Shown here: positions 8,309 through 18,013 of the stretch, in pieces | How the letters are laid out: every line of letters starts with the position of its first letter | Numbering within the stretch: position 1 is the stretch's first letter | From: an uncultured Bacillota bacterium | GTDB taxonomy: Bacteria; Bacillota; Clostridia; Acetivibrionales; DTU013 | Assembly: GCA_942493145.1 (NCBI GenBank) | Contig: OW818679.1 | Location: 399,566 to 463,565 of the forward strand | DNA: 64,000 nt | Direction of reading: 5' to 3' | Position numbers and translations under genes: made by a program | The notes under the pieces: generated by a model | The model's input: only the letters and a program-made list of their open reading frames with translations | Database searches by the model: none | What the model was told of the DNA's origin: nothing

Positions 8309-10750
8309 ATGAACGGAAGATTTACAGAAAAAGCCGAAAAGGCCATAAGTCTGGCACAGGAAGGCGCAATGCAGATGGGCCATAATTATGTGGGGACCGA
8401 GCATCTGCTTCTGGGACTTGTGCGCGAAGGTACCGGGATAGCTTCAAGGGTGCTGATGTCACAGGGAGTTACCGAAGAGAAGATACTTAAGGAAATAGAG
8501 GACCTTATTGGGATGGGGCAGTCTGAAGGACAGCAACCCCTCGGCTATACGCCGAGAACAAAAAAGGTTCTGGAGCTCAGCTTCAAGGAAGCCCGAAGGA
8601 TGAACCAAAATTTCATCGGTACCGAGCATCTTCTGCTTGGGGTTATGAAGGAAGGAGAAAGCGTTGCAGTAAGGATGCTTATCGATCTTGGAACGGATCC
8701 TCAGAAGCTTCTGGCTGAAATCGTCAAGATGCTCAGTGATGATGCCCCATCATCTACGGGGGAACCAAAGAGCGCAGCAGCATATTCCAACACCCCGACA
8801 CTGAACCAGTTCGGACGGGACCTTACAGAAATGGCGCGGGAAGGTAAATTCGACCCTGTCATAGGCCGTGAAAATGAAATAGAGAGGGTTGTTCAGATTC
8901 TGAGTAGGAGGACAAAAAACAACCCCTGCCTGATAGGTGAACCTGGTGTAGGTAAAACAGCCATAGCTGAGGGGCTGGCGCAGAGGATCGTTGAGGGCAA
9001 TATCCCTGAGACCTTGAAAGGTAAAAGGGTTGTGACCCTCGACCTCTCATCGATGATTGCAGGGGCAAAATACAGAGGTGAATTTGAAGAAAGGCTCAAG
9101 AAAGCCATTGAAGAAATACGCAAGGTTGGGAACGTCGTTCTCTTCATTGATGAAATGCATACGATAATAGGTGCGGGTGCCGCAGAAGGAGCCATAGACG
9201 CATCCAACATATTAAAGCCATCACTGGCAAGAGGCGAAATACAGGTCATCGGGGCGACCACACTCAATGAATACAGGAAGCATGTTGAAAAGGATGCAGC
9301 TCTCGAGAGAAGATTCCAACCCATAACTGTGGGAGAACCTTCAAAGGAAGAGGCCATCGATATACTAAAAGGCATCAGGGATAAATATGAAGCCCATCAT
9401 AGCGTAAAAATAACCGATGATGCCGTCGAAGCGGCAGTGAATCTTTCGGACAGATATATCACCGACAGATATCTTCCAGACAAGGCAATCGACCTCATTG
9501 ATGAGGCAGCATCAAGGGTAAGGCTGAAATCATATACAGCCCCTCCAAATCTCAAAAAGCTCGAAGACCAGGTTGACAAACTGGCCAAGGAAAAAGAGGA
9601 TGCCATACGCAGTCAGGAGTTCGAAAAAGCGGCTTCAATAAGGGATCAGGAACAAAAAGCTAAAAATGAGCTGGAATTGCTGAAGGATGAATGGAATCAG
9701 AAGAACCAGACCAGAACGGATACCGTAACCGAGGACGATATTGCCGATATAATTGCGAGCTGGACGGGTATTCCGGTGAAACGTCTTGCCGAAGAGGAGA
9801 CCGAAAGGCTTATGAAGATGGAGGACGTTCTCCATCAAAGGGTCATAGGGCAGGATGAAGCTGTCAAGGCCATAGCAAAAGCAATCAGAAGGGGCAGGGT
9901 CGGTTTGAAGGATCCCAAGCGTCCCATCGGATCATTCATATTCCTGGGCCCGACAGGCGTGGGAAAAACTGAACTAAGTAAGGCTTTGGCCGAAGCAATG
10001 TTTGGTGAAGAAAAGGCCATGATACGTATCGATATGTCGGAATATATGGAAAAATTCAATGTTTCCAGACTTGTTGGATCGCCACCCGGCTATGTCGGCT
10101 ATGAAGAAGGTGGACAGCTTACTGAGAAGGTAAGAAGAAAGCCATATTCGGTACTTCTGTTCGATGAGATAGAAAAGGCGCATCCCGATGTATTCAACAT
10201 CCTGCTTCAGATACTCGAAGACGGAAGGCTTACGGATTCTCAGGGCAGGGTTGTGGATTTCAGGAACACGGTAATAATTATGACGTCAAATGTTGGAGGA
10301 AGGCTTATTACAGAGCCCAAACGCCTTGGATTCGCAGTATCGGATGCAAAGTCAGCAAATTATGAAGATATGAAGAGCGATGTCACAGGTGAGTTGAAAA
10401 AGACCTTCAGACCGGAATTCCTCAACAGGATAGACGACATAATAGTATTCCATCCCCTTGATGAGGAGAATATCAGGAGTATTGTCGGGATAATGGCAAA
10501 GACTCTTTCCGACAGGCTGAAGCAGAAGGAAATCAATATTGAAATTTCGGATGAAGCAAAGAAATTCATAGCCAAAAAGGGATACGACCCTGTATTCGGG
10601 GCACGACCGCTGAAAAGGGCTATTCAGACAATGATAGAAGACAGGATGGCAGAGCTCCTGCTTGAAGGGAAAATCAAGCAGGGTGATAGTGTCCGGGTGG
10701 AACTAAAGGACGAGGAGCTGTCATTTACAATTAATGAAGAGCATTCGTAA
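8309..10750 (+). CDS. clpC: ATP-dependent Clp protease ATP-binding subunit ClpC
   Basis: 813 aa. It has N-terminal Clp_N repeats, two AAA+ modules (GEPGVGKT and GPTGVGKT Walker A motifs) and a UVR linker (EFEKAASIRDQE). Confidence 0.95.
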   Translation: MNGRFTEKAEKAISLAQEGAMQMGHNYVGTEHLLLGLVREGTGIASRVLMSQGVTEEKILKEIEDLIGMGQSEGQQPLGYTPRTKKVLELSFKEARRMNQNFIGTEHLLLGVMKEGESVAVRMLIDLGTDPQKLLAEIVKMLSDDAPSSTGEPKSAAAYSNTPTLNQFGRDLTEMAREGKFDPVIGRENEIERVVQILSRRTKNNPCLIGEPGVGKTAIAEGLAQRIVEGNIPETLKGKRVVTLDLSSMIAGAKYRGEFEERLKKAIEEIRKVGNVVLFIDEMHTIIGAGAAEGAIDASNILKPSLARGEIQVIGATTLNEYRKHVEKDAALERRFQPITVGEPSKEEAIDILKGIRDKYEAHHSVKITDDAVEAAVNLSDRYITDRYLPDKAIDLIDEAASRVRLKSYTAPPNLKKLEDQVDKLAKEKEDAIRSQEFEKAASIRDQEQKAKNELELLKDEWNQKNQTRTDTVTEDDIADIIASWTGIPVKRLAEEETERLMKMEDVLHQRVIGQDEAVKAIAKAIRRGRVGLKDPKRPIGSFIFLGPTGVGKTELSKALAEAMFGEEKAMIRIDMSEYMEKFNVSRLVGSPPGYVGYEEGGQLTEKVRRKPYSVLLFDEIEKAHPDVFNILLQILEDGRLTDSQGRVVDFRNTVIIMTSNVGGRLITEPKRLGFAVSDAKSANYEDMKSDVTGELKKTFRPEFLNRIDDIIVFHPLDEENIRSIVGIMAKTLSDRLKQKEINIEISDEAKKFIAKKGYDPVFGARPLKRAIQTMIEDRMAELLLEGKIKQGDSVRVELKDEELSFTINEEHS

Positions 10751-10790
10751 CCAGGTTTTGAGCCACTGCAGCTGCTTCAGGCATCAGTTC

Positions 10791-12086
10791 TCACGGATAC
10801 CTTGGAGCTTGTGAAGGATTCAGGGCAGGAGTGGTCTCTTCAATTTCATCGATAGTGATTTCACGGGTGTGGGACGTATGGTTCCACACCTTGTTTTCTC
10901 TGTTCATGAAGCCTTGTATTGAAATGGGCACCCATGTCAGGCAGTAAAAAGGATATATGATAAAGGCAAGAAAGATTTTTGGACTGAAGCCCTTTTCTGA
11001 TACCACAATGGTTGGCCCATAGAAGAACTGTATGATGACAAAGAAAAGCCAGACCCAGGCGGGAAAGAAGTATCTGAGACTGTAGAATGGCGATTCCGGG
11101 AAAATAGTCTGGATCCACAGCATAATATTGATCAATCCGATGAGTATGAATCTGATTGGCTGGAAAAGGTAGATCGCACAATCAAAGCAGGCAAGATTTC
11201 CTTCCCTGAAAGCTTTTGAAAAGAGCGGCTTAAGATATCTTGCGGCGCAGTCGGAATGGCCCTGCATCCACCTGACGCGTTGTTTCCAGGATTGGGCGAG
11301 TGTTATTGGCTTTTCGTCATAAACAATCGCGTTATGTGCCCAGGCCACCTTCATATCATTTAGGACGAGCTTCATTGTAAATTCCAGGTCTTCTGTAAGG
11401 CAGGTGGCTCCCCATCCGATTTCACGGAGCACACTCGTATCGATGCTGAAACCGGTACCGCACAGACCGCAGCTGAGGCCCATGTAATATCTCGGCAGCT
11501 GGAAAAGTCTGTTTGACATCCAGAATGCAATGGAATAGGAAGCGGTTATCCATGAGTCGTAGGGATTTTTGCTGTCAATATAGCCCTGGACAATTTTATG
11601 ACCTCTGCAATGCTGCCTGTTCATTTCACGCAGGAAACTTGAAGATACAACATTATCAGCATCGAAGACTGTTATTGCATCGTACTGGATATCCAAACCA
11701 AACAGTATGTTGAACATCCACTCCAGGGCATAGCCTTTCCCCCTTTTTTTCAGGTCGGATCTTGAATAAACCAGGGCGCCGTGCTCCCTGGCGATTACTG
11801 CCGTTCTGTCGGTGCAGTTGTCGGCTGCGACATATATGTCAAACAGATTGCGTGGGTATTTTTGATTTATCAGGCTGTCAATCACATGACCGATGACGAG
11901 TTCTTCATTATGGGCTGCGATGACAACGGCAAATCTCTTGCTGGCGGGGTATTGCCATGGATCGTCTTCCTTTCTTTTTATCCAGCCGAAGATTGAAATA
12001 CCAAAAAAGTAGCAGCCTGCCGTAAAGACAAGCACCTGCATCAATTGTGTGGCATAAAGAACCAGATACCCGGAAGATGTGTGCAT
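10791..12086 (-). CDS. Membrane-embedded processive family-2 glycosyltransferase (BcsA/PgaC/IcaA-like beta-glycan synthase)
   Basis: 431 aa with one N-terminal TM helix and 3-4 C-terminal TM helices. The GT2 motifs are AADNCTD, FDADN, LTEDLEF (TED) and QRVRW (QxxRW). Confidence 0.8.
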   Translation of the reverse strand: MHTSSGYLVLYATQLMQVLVFTAGCYFFGISIFGWIKRKEDDPWQYPASKRFAVVIAAHNEELVIGHVIDSLINQKYPRNLFDIYVAADNCTDRTAVIAREHGALVYSRSDLKKRGKGYALEWMFNILFGLDIQYDAITVFDADNVVSSSFLREMNRQHCRGHKIVQGYIDSKNPYDSWITASYSIAFWMSNRLFQLPRYYMGLSCGLCGTGFSIDTSVLREIGWGATCLTEDLEFTMKLVLNDMKVAWAHNAIVYDEKPITLAQSWKQRVRWMQGHSDCAARYLKPLFSKAFREGNLACFDCAIYLFQPIRFILIGLINIMLWIQTIFPESPFYSLRYFFPAWVWLFFVIIQFFYGPTIVVSEKGFSPKIFLAFIIYPFYCLTWVPISIQGFMNRENKVWNHTSHTREITIDEIEETTPALNPSQAPRYP

Positions 12087-12240
12087 GCGGAGCCTCCCAA
12101 ATCTTTTTATACAGGAAATCGAGTAATGCTATCATTATTTTGTACTTTTTCTGTAAAAATATTTATAATGGTTTTATAGACAATGAGATTGACAACTAAA
12201 AAATAATATTATCTATAAATTTGAGGGGGAGAATGCCGGA

Positions 12241-14163
12241 ATGCCGAAAACATATTTCAATGACGCGGTAATTGGGAATTCAAGCATGCTGGGGTGCATA
12301 ACACGCAGAGGCGAGCTGGTAAGGCTCTATTGGCCGCATATTGACCACCCGCAGCATATCGAAAGGCTTGCGGAAGGCATTTTCATCAAGGGCAACCCGG
12401 GTGGCACCATCTGGCTGGATTCAGATTACTGGGAATGTCGTCAGGAATATATTAAAGACACAAACATACTTGAGACGGTATATTCGGGGCCAATCAACAT
12501 ATGCAGGACAGATTTCGTCCTCCCTGAGGAAAATGTTCTTGTCAGGAGATACGACTTTGAAAACACAGGCAGTAAAGTAATTGACCTTACCTTTGTTTCA
12601 TACTCATCCTTCGTATCAACATATGCACATCCTTCATCATCGCTCTTCGATTTTGGGCTGGATTCACTAACCCACTACAGACATGGATATTATTCCGTGA
12701 TTGCTTCGGACGTGGAAGTTTCCGGATTCCAGCTTGGCAACAATGCCATGGAAGCAGCACAGACTTTGAATTTCAGGAGCAATGACCAGATAGGTATGAT
12801 GCGGGAGGGGGCGGTTGCCTGGAATCTTGGAGAGCTGACACCTGGTGGGAAAAAAAGCCTTACGTTGTATTTCTGTACTTCCGGAACGTTGAAAGGTGTC
12901 AGACTACTGGCCCATTCCATGAAGAGGACGAGCTACAGTGATGAGTATCTAAAAACGCATGGTTACTGGATTGAAGTATTGAAAATGGCCAGGAGCAAGG
13001 TAACTGAAAATGAAGAGGCCAATGAACTGTATCGCAGATCGGTGCTGCTTTTCAAGCTTATGTCCGACAAAAGCGGCGGACTCCTGGCTTCACCGGAGAT
13101 TGACGAGGAATTCACCAAATGCGGCAGATATGCATATTGCTGGGCAAGAGACGCAGCTTTTATCACCGGAGCCCTGGATGTCTGCGGGCTTAAGGAGGAA
13201 GTGGACAGGTTCTACCGGTGGGCGGCTGATATCCAGGAGGAAGACGGGTCCTGGCAGCAACGCTACCATCTGGACGGAAATCTCGCGCCATCCTGGGGGC
13301 TCCAGATTGATGAGACGGGAACGATATTATGGGGAATGTTTCAGCATTATAAGGCTACCGGGGATAAAGTTTTCCTGGAGGAAATGTGGGAGTGCATGAA
13401 AAGGGGAGTATCTTTCCTGACGGAATTCATAGATGAAGAAACAGGGCTGCCTGCGCTCAGTTTCGACCTGTGGGAGGAAAGGTTCGGAGAGCATGCGTAT
13501 TCTTCGGCTGCGGTATATGGAGGAATTAAAGCGTGCATCGAAGCGGCGGAAGTACTCAGGGATGCCGATGCGCCCTGTGCACAATGGGAGAAGGTAGCCG
13601 CGGATATATTGGAAGCCATCGACAGGAACTTCTGGAAGGCTGATTGGCACAGATTCATCAGGAGTGTGCGGGTGAAACTGAACCCATGGGGCGAAGAATG
13701 CAGTTGCGACACGGTTATGGCTAGAATTAATCCCAAGGGTTATTCAAGGGATTTCACCCGGGAGGATTGGAAAGTCGACGCCAGCTTGCTTGGGCTGTCA
13801 GTTCCCTTTGGCGTATATCCGCCGGGAGATGAGAAAATGGAAGGAACCCTCGAGGTTGTGGAAAAGGTTCTGACAGCTCCTGTCTCAGGCGGGATTATGC
13901 GGTATGAGGATGATGGGTATATCGGCGGCAATCCATGGATAATTACAACATTGTGGGCTGCACTTTACCATATTGGTAAGGGTGATTATAAAAAAGCCCT
14001 TGAATACTTTGAGTGGTCAATAAAAACCAGAACCAGTCTCGGAATGCTCCCCGAACAGGCAGACAAGGAAACCGGTGAGGCTGCATGGGTGATACCGCTG
14101 ACATGGTCCCATGCCATGTTTGTCCTTGTGATGGATGGCTTGGAAGGAGCGGGCATGATATGA
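12241..14163 (+). CDS. Glycoside hydrolase family 15 (glucoamylase/glucodextranase/trehalase-like); no signal peptide
   Basis: 640 aa. The N-terminal beta-sandwich has GNSSMLGCITRRGELVRLYWP. The (alpha/alpha)6 catalytic region has YAYCWARDAAF and WEER(F)GEHAYS motifs typical of GH15. Confidence 0.85.
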   Translation: MPKTYFNDAVIGNSSMLGCITRRGELVRLYWPHIDHPQHIERLAEGIFIKGNPGGTIWLDSDYWECRQEYIKDTNILETVYSGPINICRTDFVLPEENVLVRRYDFENTGSKVIDLTFVSYSSFVSTYAHPSSSLFDFGLDSLTHYRHGYYSVIASDVEVSGFQLGNNAMEAAQTLNFRSNDQIGMMREGAVAWNLGELTPGGKKSLTLYFCTSGTLKGVRLLAHSMKRTSYSDEYLKTHGYWIEVLKMARSKVTENEEANELYRRSVLLFKLMSDKSGGLLASPEIDEEFTKCGRYAYCWARDAAFITGALDVCGLKEEVDRFYRWAADIQEEDGSWQQRYHLDGNLAPSWGLQIDETGTILWGMFQHYKATGDKVFLEEMWECMKRGVSFLTEFIDEETGLPALSFDLWEERFGEHAYSSAAVYGGIKACIEAAEVLRDADAPCAQWEKVAADILEAIDRNFWKADWHRFIRSVRVKLNPWGEECSCDTVMARINPKGYSRDFTREDWKVDASLLGLSVPFGVYPPGDEKMEGTLEVVEKVLTAPVSGGIMRYEDDGYIGGNPWIITTLWAALYHIGKGDYKKALEYFEWSIKTRTSLGMLPEQADKETGEAAWVIPLTWSHAMFVLVMDGLEGAGMI

Positions 14164-14250
14164 TATAATCAATAAGATGTGAAAAAATGGAATTAGCTTG
14201 AGGAATAACATAAGACCACAGAAGAATATTATCGACATACAGGAGAAGAT

Positions 14251-15612
14251 ATGGCGAAAAACAGGACATTATTCATCTGCCAGGAATGTGGCTACGAATC
14301 TTCGGGATGGCTTGGAAAGTGCCCCTCCTGCTCGCAATGGAATACCTTTGTAGAAGAGGTGCACGAGGCATCGCCAAAGACACATGCATCCGTCCGGACA
14401 GCTCTTAAACCTGTAAGCATTGCTGATATAAAGTTTGACGGCGAGGAACGTATATCTACGGGCATCGGAGAAATGGACAGGGTTCTGGGCGGAGGTATGG
14501 TTAAAGGATCACTTATTCTTGTTGGTGGGGATCCCGGGATAGGCAAGTCAACATTACTCCTGCAGATTTGCGAAACCCTGCATTCAAAGGCGAAAATCCT
14601 TTATGTATCAGGGGAGGAATCCGTACGGCAGATAAAGCTCAGGGCGGAAAGATTGGGCGTAAAAAGACGCGAACTACTTATGGTTTCAGCAACGGGGCTG
14701 GAAGAGATTTCAGGACATATTGAAACTGAAAAGCCAGGTTTGGTTATAATAGACTCCATACAGACCATGAATTCCGAAAACCTGTCATCGGCTCCGGGGA
14801 GTGTCAGCCAGGTAAGGGAAGTCACGGCGGGCCTGGTCAGGATTGCGAAGAGCACGGGAATAACCATCGTAATCGTCGGACATGTGACAAAAGAGGGCGC
14901 TATAGCAGGCCCCAGGGTTTTGGAGCACATGGTTGACACTGTCCTCTATTTCGAAGGGGACAGGCATATGAGCTTCCGAATATTGAGGGCTGTCAAGAAC
15001 AGGTTTGGTTCCACAAACGAAATCGGGATTTTTGAGATGAGGGATTCCGGCCTGACTGAGGTTGAGAATCCATCTCTGATGATGATTGCCGGGAGACCTT
15101 CAAATGTACCGGGGTCAGTGATCGTATCAAGTCTCGAGGGGACACGTCCCATGTTGATAGAGGTTCAGGCGCTGGTCTGCGCGACGAATTTCGGTGTGCC
15201 ACGCAGGATGGCAACGGGGGTGGATTACAACAGGATTACAATGCTTATGGCAGTTCTCGAAAAGCGCGCCGGAATGCAGCTTTACAACTATGATGCCTAT
15301 GTAAATGTGGTAGGGGGCATTAAAATCGATGAAACTGCTTGTGATCTGGGCGTAGTTGCTGCTATAGCCTCCAGCTTCAGGAATGCCCCTGTTGACCCGG
15401 GTTTGGTTATGGTGGGAGAAATAGGTCTGGCGGGCGAAATCAGGGCTGTGAGCAATATAGAGAAAAGAATCACTGAAGCAGGCAGGATAGGGTTCAAAGG
15501 GTGCATAATACCTGAAGAGAACATGAAGACGGTCAGCCGCATCAAGGGGCTGGAAGGCTTTGAAATAAAAGCTGCGGGAAATGTTGCAGAAGTGTTGGAA
15601 ATATTGTTTTGA
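14251..15612 (+). CDS. radA: DNA repair protein RadA/Sms
   Basis: 453 aa. It has an N-terminal C4 zinc finger (CQECGY...CPSC), a RecA-like Walker A motif GDPGIGKST, the KNRFG motif and a Lon-like C-terminal domain. Confidence 0.95.
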   Translation: MAKNRTLFICQECGYESSGWLGKCPSCSQWNTFVEEVHEASPKTHASVRTALKPVSIADIKFDGEERISTGIGEMDRVLGGGMVKGSLILVGGDPGIGKSTLLLQICETLHSKAKILYVSGEESVRQIKLRAERLGVKRRELLMVSATGLEEISGHIETEKPGLVIIDSIQTMNSENLSSAPGSVSQVREVTAGLVRIAKSTGITIVIVGHVTKEGAIAGPRVLEHMVDTVLYFEGDRHMSFRILRAVKNRFGSTNEIGIFEMRDSGLTEVENPSLMMIAGRPSNVPGSVIVSSLEGTRPMLIEVQALVCATNFGVPRRMATGVDYNRITMLMAVLEKRAGMQLYNYDAYVNVVGGIKIDETACDLGVVAAIASSFRNAPVDPGLVMVGEIGLAGEIRAVSNIEKRITEAGRIGFKGCIIPEENMKTVSRIKGLEGFEIKAAGNVAEVLEILF

Positions 15613-15664
15613 TGAATGGTTGGTTTCATGAACGTCTAGTTGGAAGGAATTTCGGGAGGGACAT

Positions 15665-16744
15665 ATGCGTATAGAAAAGCACAAGGACGAGCAGCTGCTT
15701 GATCTGCTCAGGATGGTAGCGCCGGGAACACCTTTGAGGGAAGGACTGGATAACATCCTCAAAGCCCGCACGGGAGCACTGATTGCCATAGGTGACGGTG
15801 AGAAGCTGTTGAATGCTGCAGAAGGCGGCTTCCAGATAGAGAAGGAATACTCTCCTGCCCGCATTTATGAACTTGCTAAGATGGACGGGGCTATTATCTT
15901 AAGCAAGGACCTCAAAATGATAAAATACGCCAATACCCTGCTCATTCCCGATCCTTCCATATATACCGAAGAGACGGGGACACGGCACAAAAGTGCAGAG
16001 CGCTTTGCGAAGCAGACCAATGAAACAGTGATCTGTATTTCACACAGAAGGAACATCATAACCATCTACAAAGGATCGCTTAAATATATCCTTAGAGATA
16101 CATCCGTAATACTAAACAGGGCGAACCAGGCTCTTCAGACACTTGAGAAATATTCAGCGGTTTTGGAAAATGCCGCAAAAAGCCTGAGCATAATGGAACT
16201 GGATGATGCAGTAACCCTATATGACGTAGCCAGAGTGATCCAGAGGACTGAAATGGTGATGAGGGTCGCCTTTGAAATAGAAAGATACATCTGCGAACTG
16301 GGCAATGAGGGGAGACTTGCCGGGATGCAGATGGATGAACTGCTTGCCGGAGTCGAAGAGGATGTAAGACTGGTTGTTGAGGACTACTTTTTGAGAACCG
16401 ACGAAATCAAAGTGGATGATATATTAAAAAGGATAAGTACGTTCCAATATGACGAGATGATGGATACGACCTATATCTGCAATGCGCTTGGTTATTACAA
16501 GGCTTCCGGAGTGGCAGAAATGAGTGTCTCACCAAAGGGATACAGGATAATGAGCAAGGTTCCGAGAGTCCCGATGGCCATTACGAGGAAACTGATAGAA
16601 GAATTTGGCAACCTTCAAGGCATCCTGAATGCATCCATTGAGGATCTTGATGCAGTCGAAGGTATTGCGGAGCTAAGGGCGCGCGCAATAAAGAATGGCC
16701 TGAGCAGGATCAGGGAACAGCTGGCGACTGATGGAAGAAAATAG
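15665..16744 (+). CDS. disA: DNA integrity scanning protein DisA (diadenylate cyclase)
   Basis: 359 aa. The DAC domain has DGAII and GTRH(K/R)SAERF motifs. A C-terminal helix-hairpin-helix region is present. Confidence 0.93.
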   Translation: MRIEKHKDEQLLDLLRMVAPGTPLREGLDNILKARTGALIAIGDGEKLLNAAEGGFQIEKEYSPARIYELAKMDGAIILSKDLKMIKYANTLLIPDPSIYTEETGTRHKSAERFAKQTNETVICISHRRNIITIYKGSLKYILRDTSVILNRANQALQTLEKYSAVLENAAKSLSIMELDDAVTLYDVARVIQRTEMVMRVAFEIERYICELGNEGRLAGMQMDELLAGVEEDVRLVVEDYFLRTDEIKVDDILKRISTFQYDEMMDTTYICNALGYYKASGVAEMSVSPKGYRIMSKVPRVPMAITRKLIEEFGNLQGILNASIEDLDAVEGIAELRARAIKNGLSRIREQLATDGRK

Positions 16745-16745
16745 A

Positions 16746-17141
16746 CTACCTTAGGTTATATTGGCCAAGCATCTTAACCCGTTCCTCTTCTTTGATGATA
16801 ATGTCATAAAGGTTCAAATCAAGCGTATTACAAAGTGATGCCAGATAAAAAAGGTTTCTTCCGACATCCTTTTCAATCAGGTCTCTGCAGTTTTCGCACA
16901 ATTTACCTTCGAGATGAGTATCCATTGCATTCTTGTATTCCTCAAAATCACCATCTTCAGGCATATCCTGCTTTTTGGCATTAATCTTCATACAACCGCA
17001 TTGGGTGACAGACTTGATGATAGTGCGATTAACCCGCGCATTGGAATCTTGAAATTTAGTAATAGAATCGAGGATGCTCTTGTTTCTTACCAGCAGCTCC
17101 TGCACCGTGTATTGAAATTCATCAACCATTATATCCTTCAA
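16746..17141 (-). CDS. Hypothetical cysteine-containing protein (CGC ... CxxC); family not recognised
   Basis: 131-aa ORF convergent with disA, 1 nt from its stop. It has no overlap with a better ORF. Cysteines occur at QCGC and CENC. The C-terminal helix LFYLASLCNTLDLNLYDII is vaguely MazG-like. Confidence 0.55.
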   Translation of the reverse strand: MKDIMVDEFQYTVQELLVRNKSILDSITKFQDSNARVNRTIIKSVTQCGCMKINAKKQDMPEDGDFEEYKNAMDTHLEGKLCENCRDLIEKDVGRNLFYLASLCNTLDLNLYDIIIKEEERVKMLGQYNLR

Positions 17142-17484
17142 GATTGTTCACTCCTCAAAACCGTTTGTGATGTATTAATTATACGTGTTTCATCAAGCTG
17201 TTGTCAATTGAGAATATGGAGGGATAATTTGCTAACTTGCTGGTCATGGAGGTTCCAGAAAAAGCAATTACTTTGACAATAAAATTCATTTGTAGTATAC
17301 TAATTAATACGAGCAATTGCCGGAATGCGCAAATGCCTCGGAGCCCATGAGGCTTTAAAATATCTTGCTAGCCAAATTCACCTTTGCCAAATATAACGTG
17401 TTGTTGCGTATGCCAGCGTTTTTTTGTTCCAAATGTTGTTGCAGGGTGACAGTCCGCTGACATACCGGTCATAAAGGAGTAAAC

Positions 17485-17964
17485 ATGTTTAATATAGGCG
17501 ATAAGATCGTATACCCTATGCATGGAGCAGGTGTCATTGAATCCATCGAAGAAAAAGAGATTCTCGGTCAAAAACAATGCTATTATATTATGAAAATGCC
17601 AGTTGGGGATATGAAGCTTATGATTCCTATACAGAGTGTAGATGGCATAGGTGTCAGAGAAGTAGTTGGCAGTGATGCTGTTAAGAGGGTTTTTCAGATT
17701 TTGAAGGACCAGAGGACCAATGTAAATAACAACTGGAATAAACGCTATAGAGAAAATATGATTAAAATAAAGAGCGGCGATATTTTTGAAGTTGCCGATG
17801 TTGTCAGGTCATTGATGATCCGTGAAAAGGAAAAAGGCCTGTCGACTGGTGAGAGAAAGATGCTCAACAGCGCCAGACAGATACTTATAAGTGAATTGGT
17901 CCTTGCACAGGATACCGATCAGTATGAGGTTGAAAACGCAATTAATGTTTTCCTCGAATTGTGA
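17485..17964 (+). CDS. carD: CarD/CdnL family RNA polymerase-binding transcription factor
   Basis: The N-terminus FNIGDKIVYPMHGAGVIESIEEKEILG is the CarD_CdnL_TRCF RNAP-interaction domain. The RBS AAGGAG precedes the ATG. Confidence 0.9.
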   Translation: MFNIGDKIVYPMHGAGVIESIEEKEILGQKQCYYIMKMPVGDMKLMIPIQSVDGIGVREVVGSDAVKRVFQILKDQRTNVNNNWNKRYRENMIKIKSGDIFEVADVVRSLMIREKEKGLSTGERKMLNSARQILISELVLAQDTDQYEVENAINVFLEL

Positions 17965-18013
17965 TATAAAAGTCTTTTCTTTAGTAATATCACTTGTATA
18001 GGAGTTTGAAAGC

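Noticed and set aside
15127-15864. 245-aa minus-strand ORF spanning the radA-disA junction
   Set aside because: It is antisense to two strongly conserved genes and crosses their intergenic region. No motif was recognised. It is a shadow ORF.
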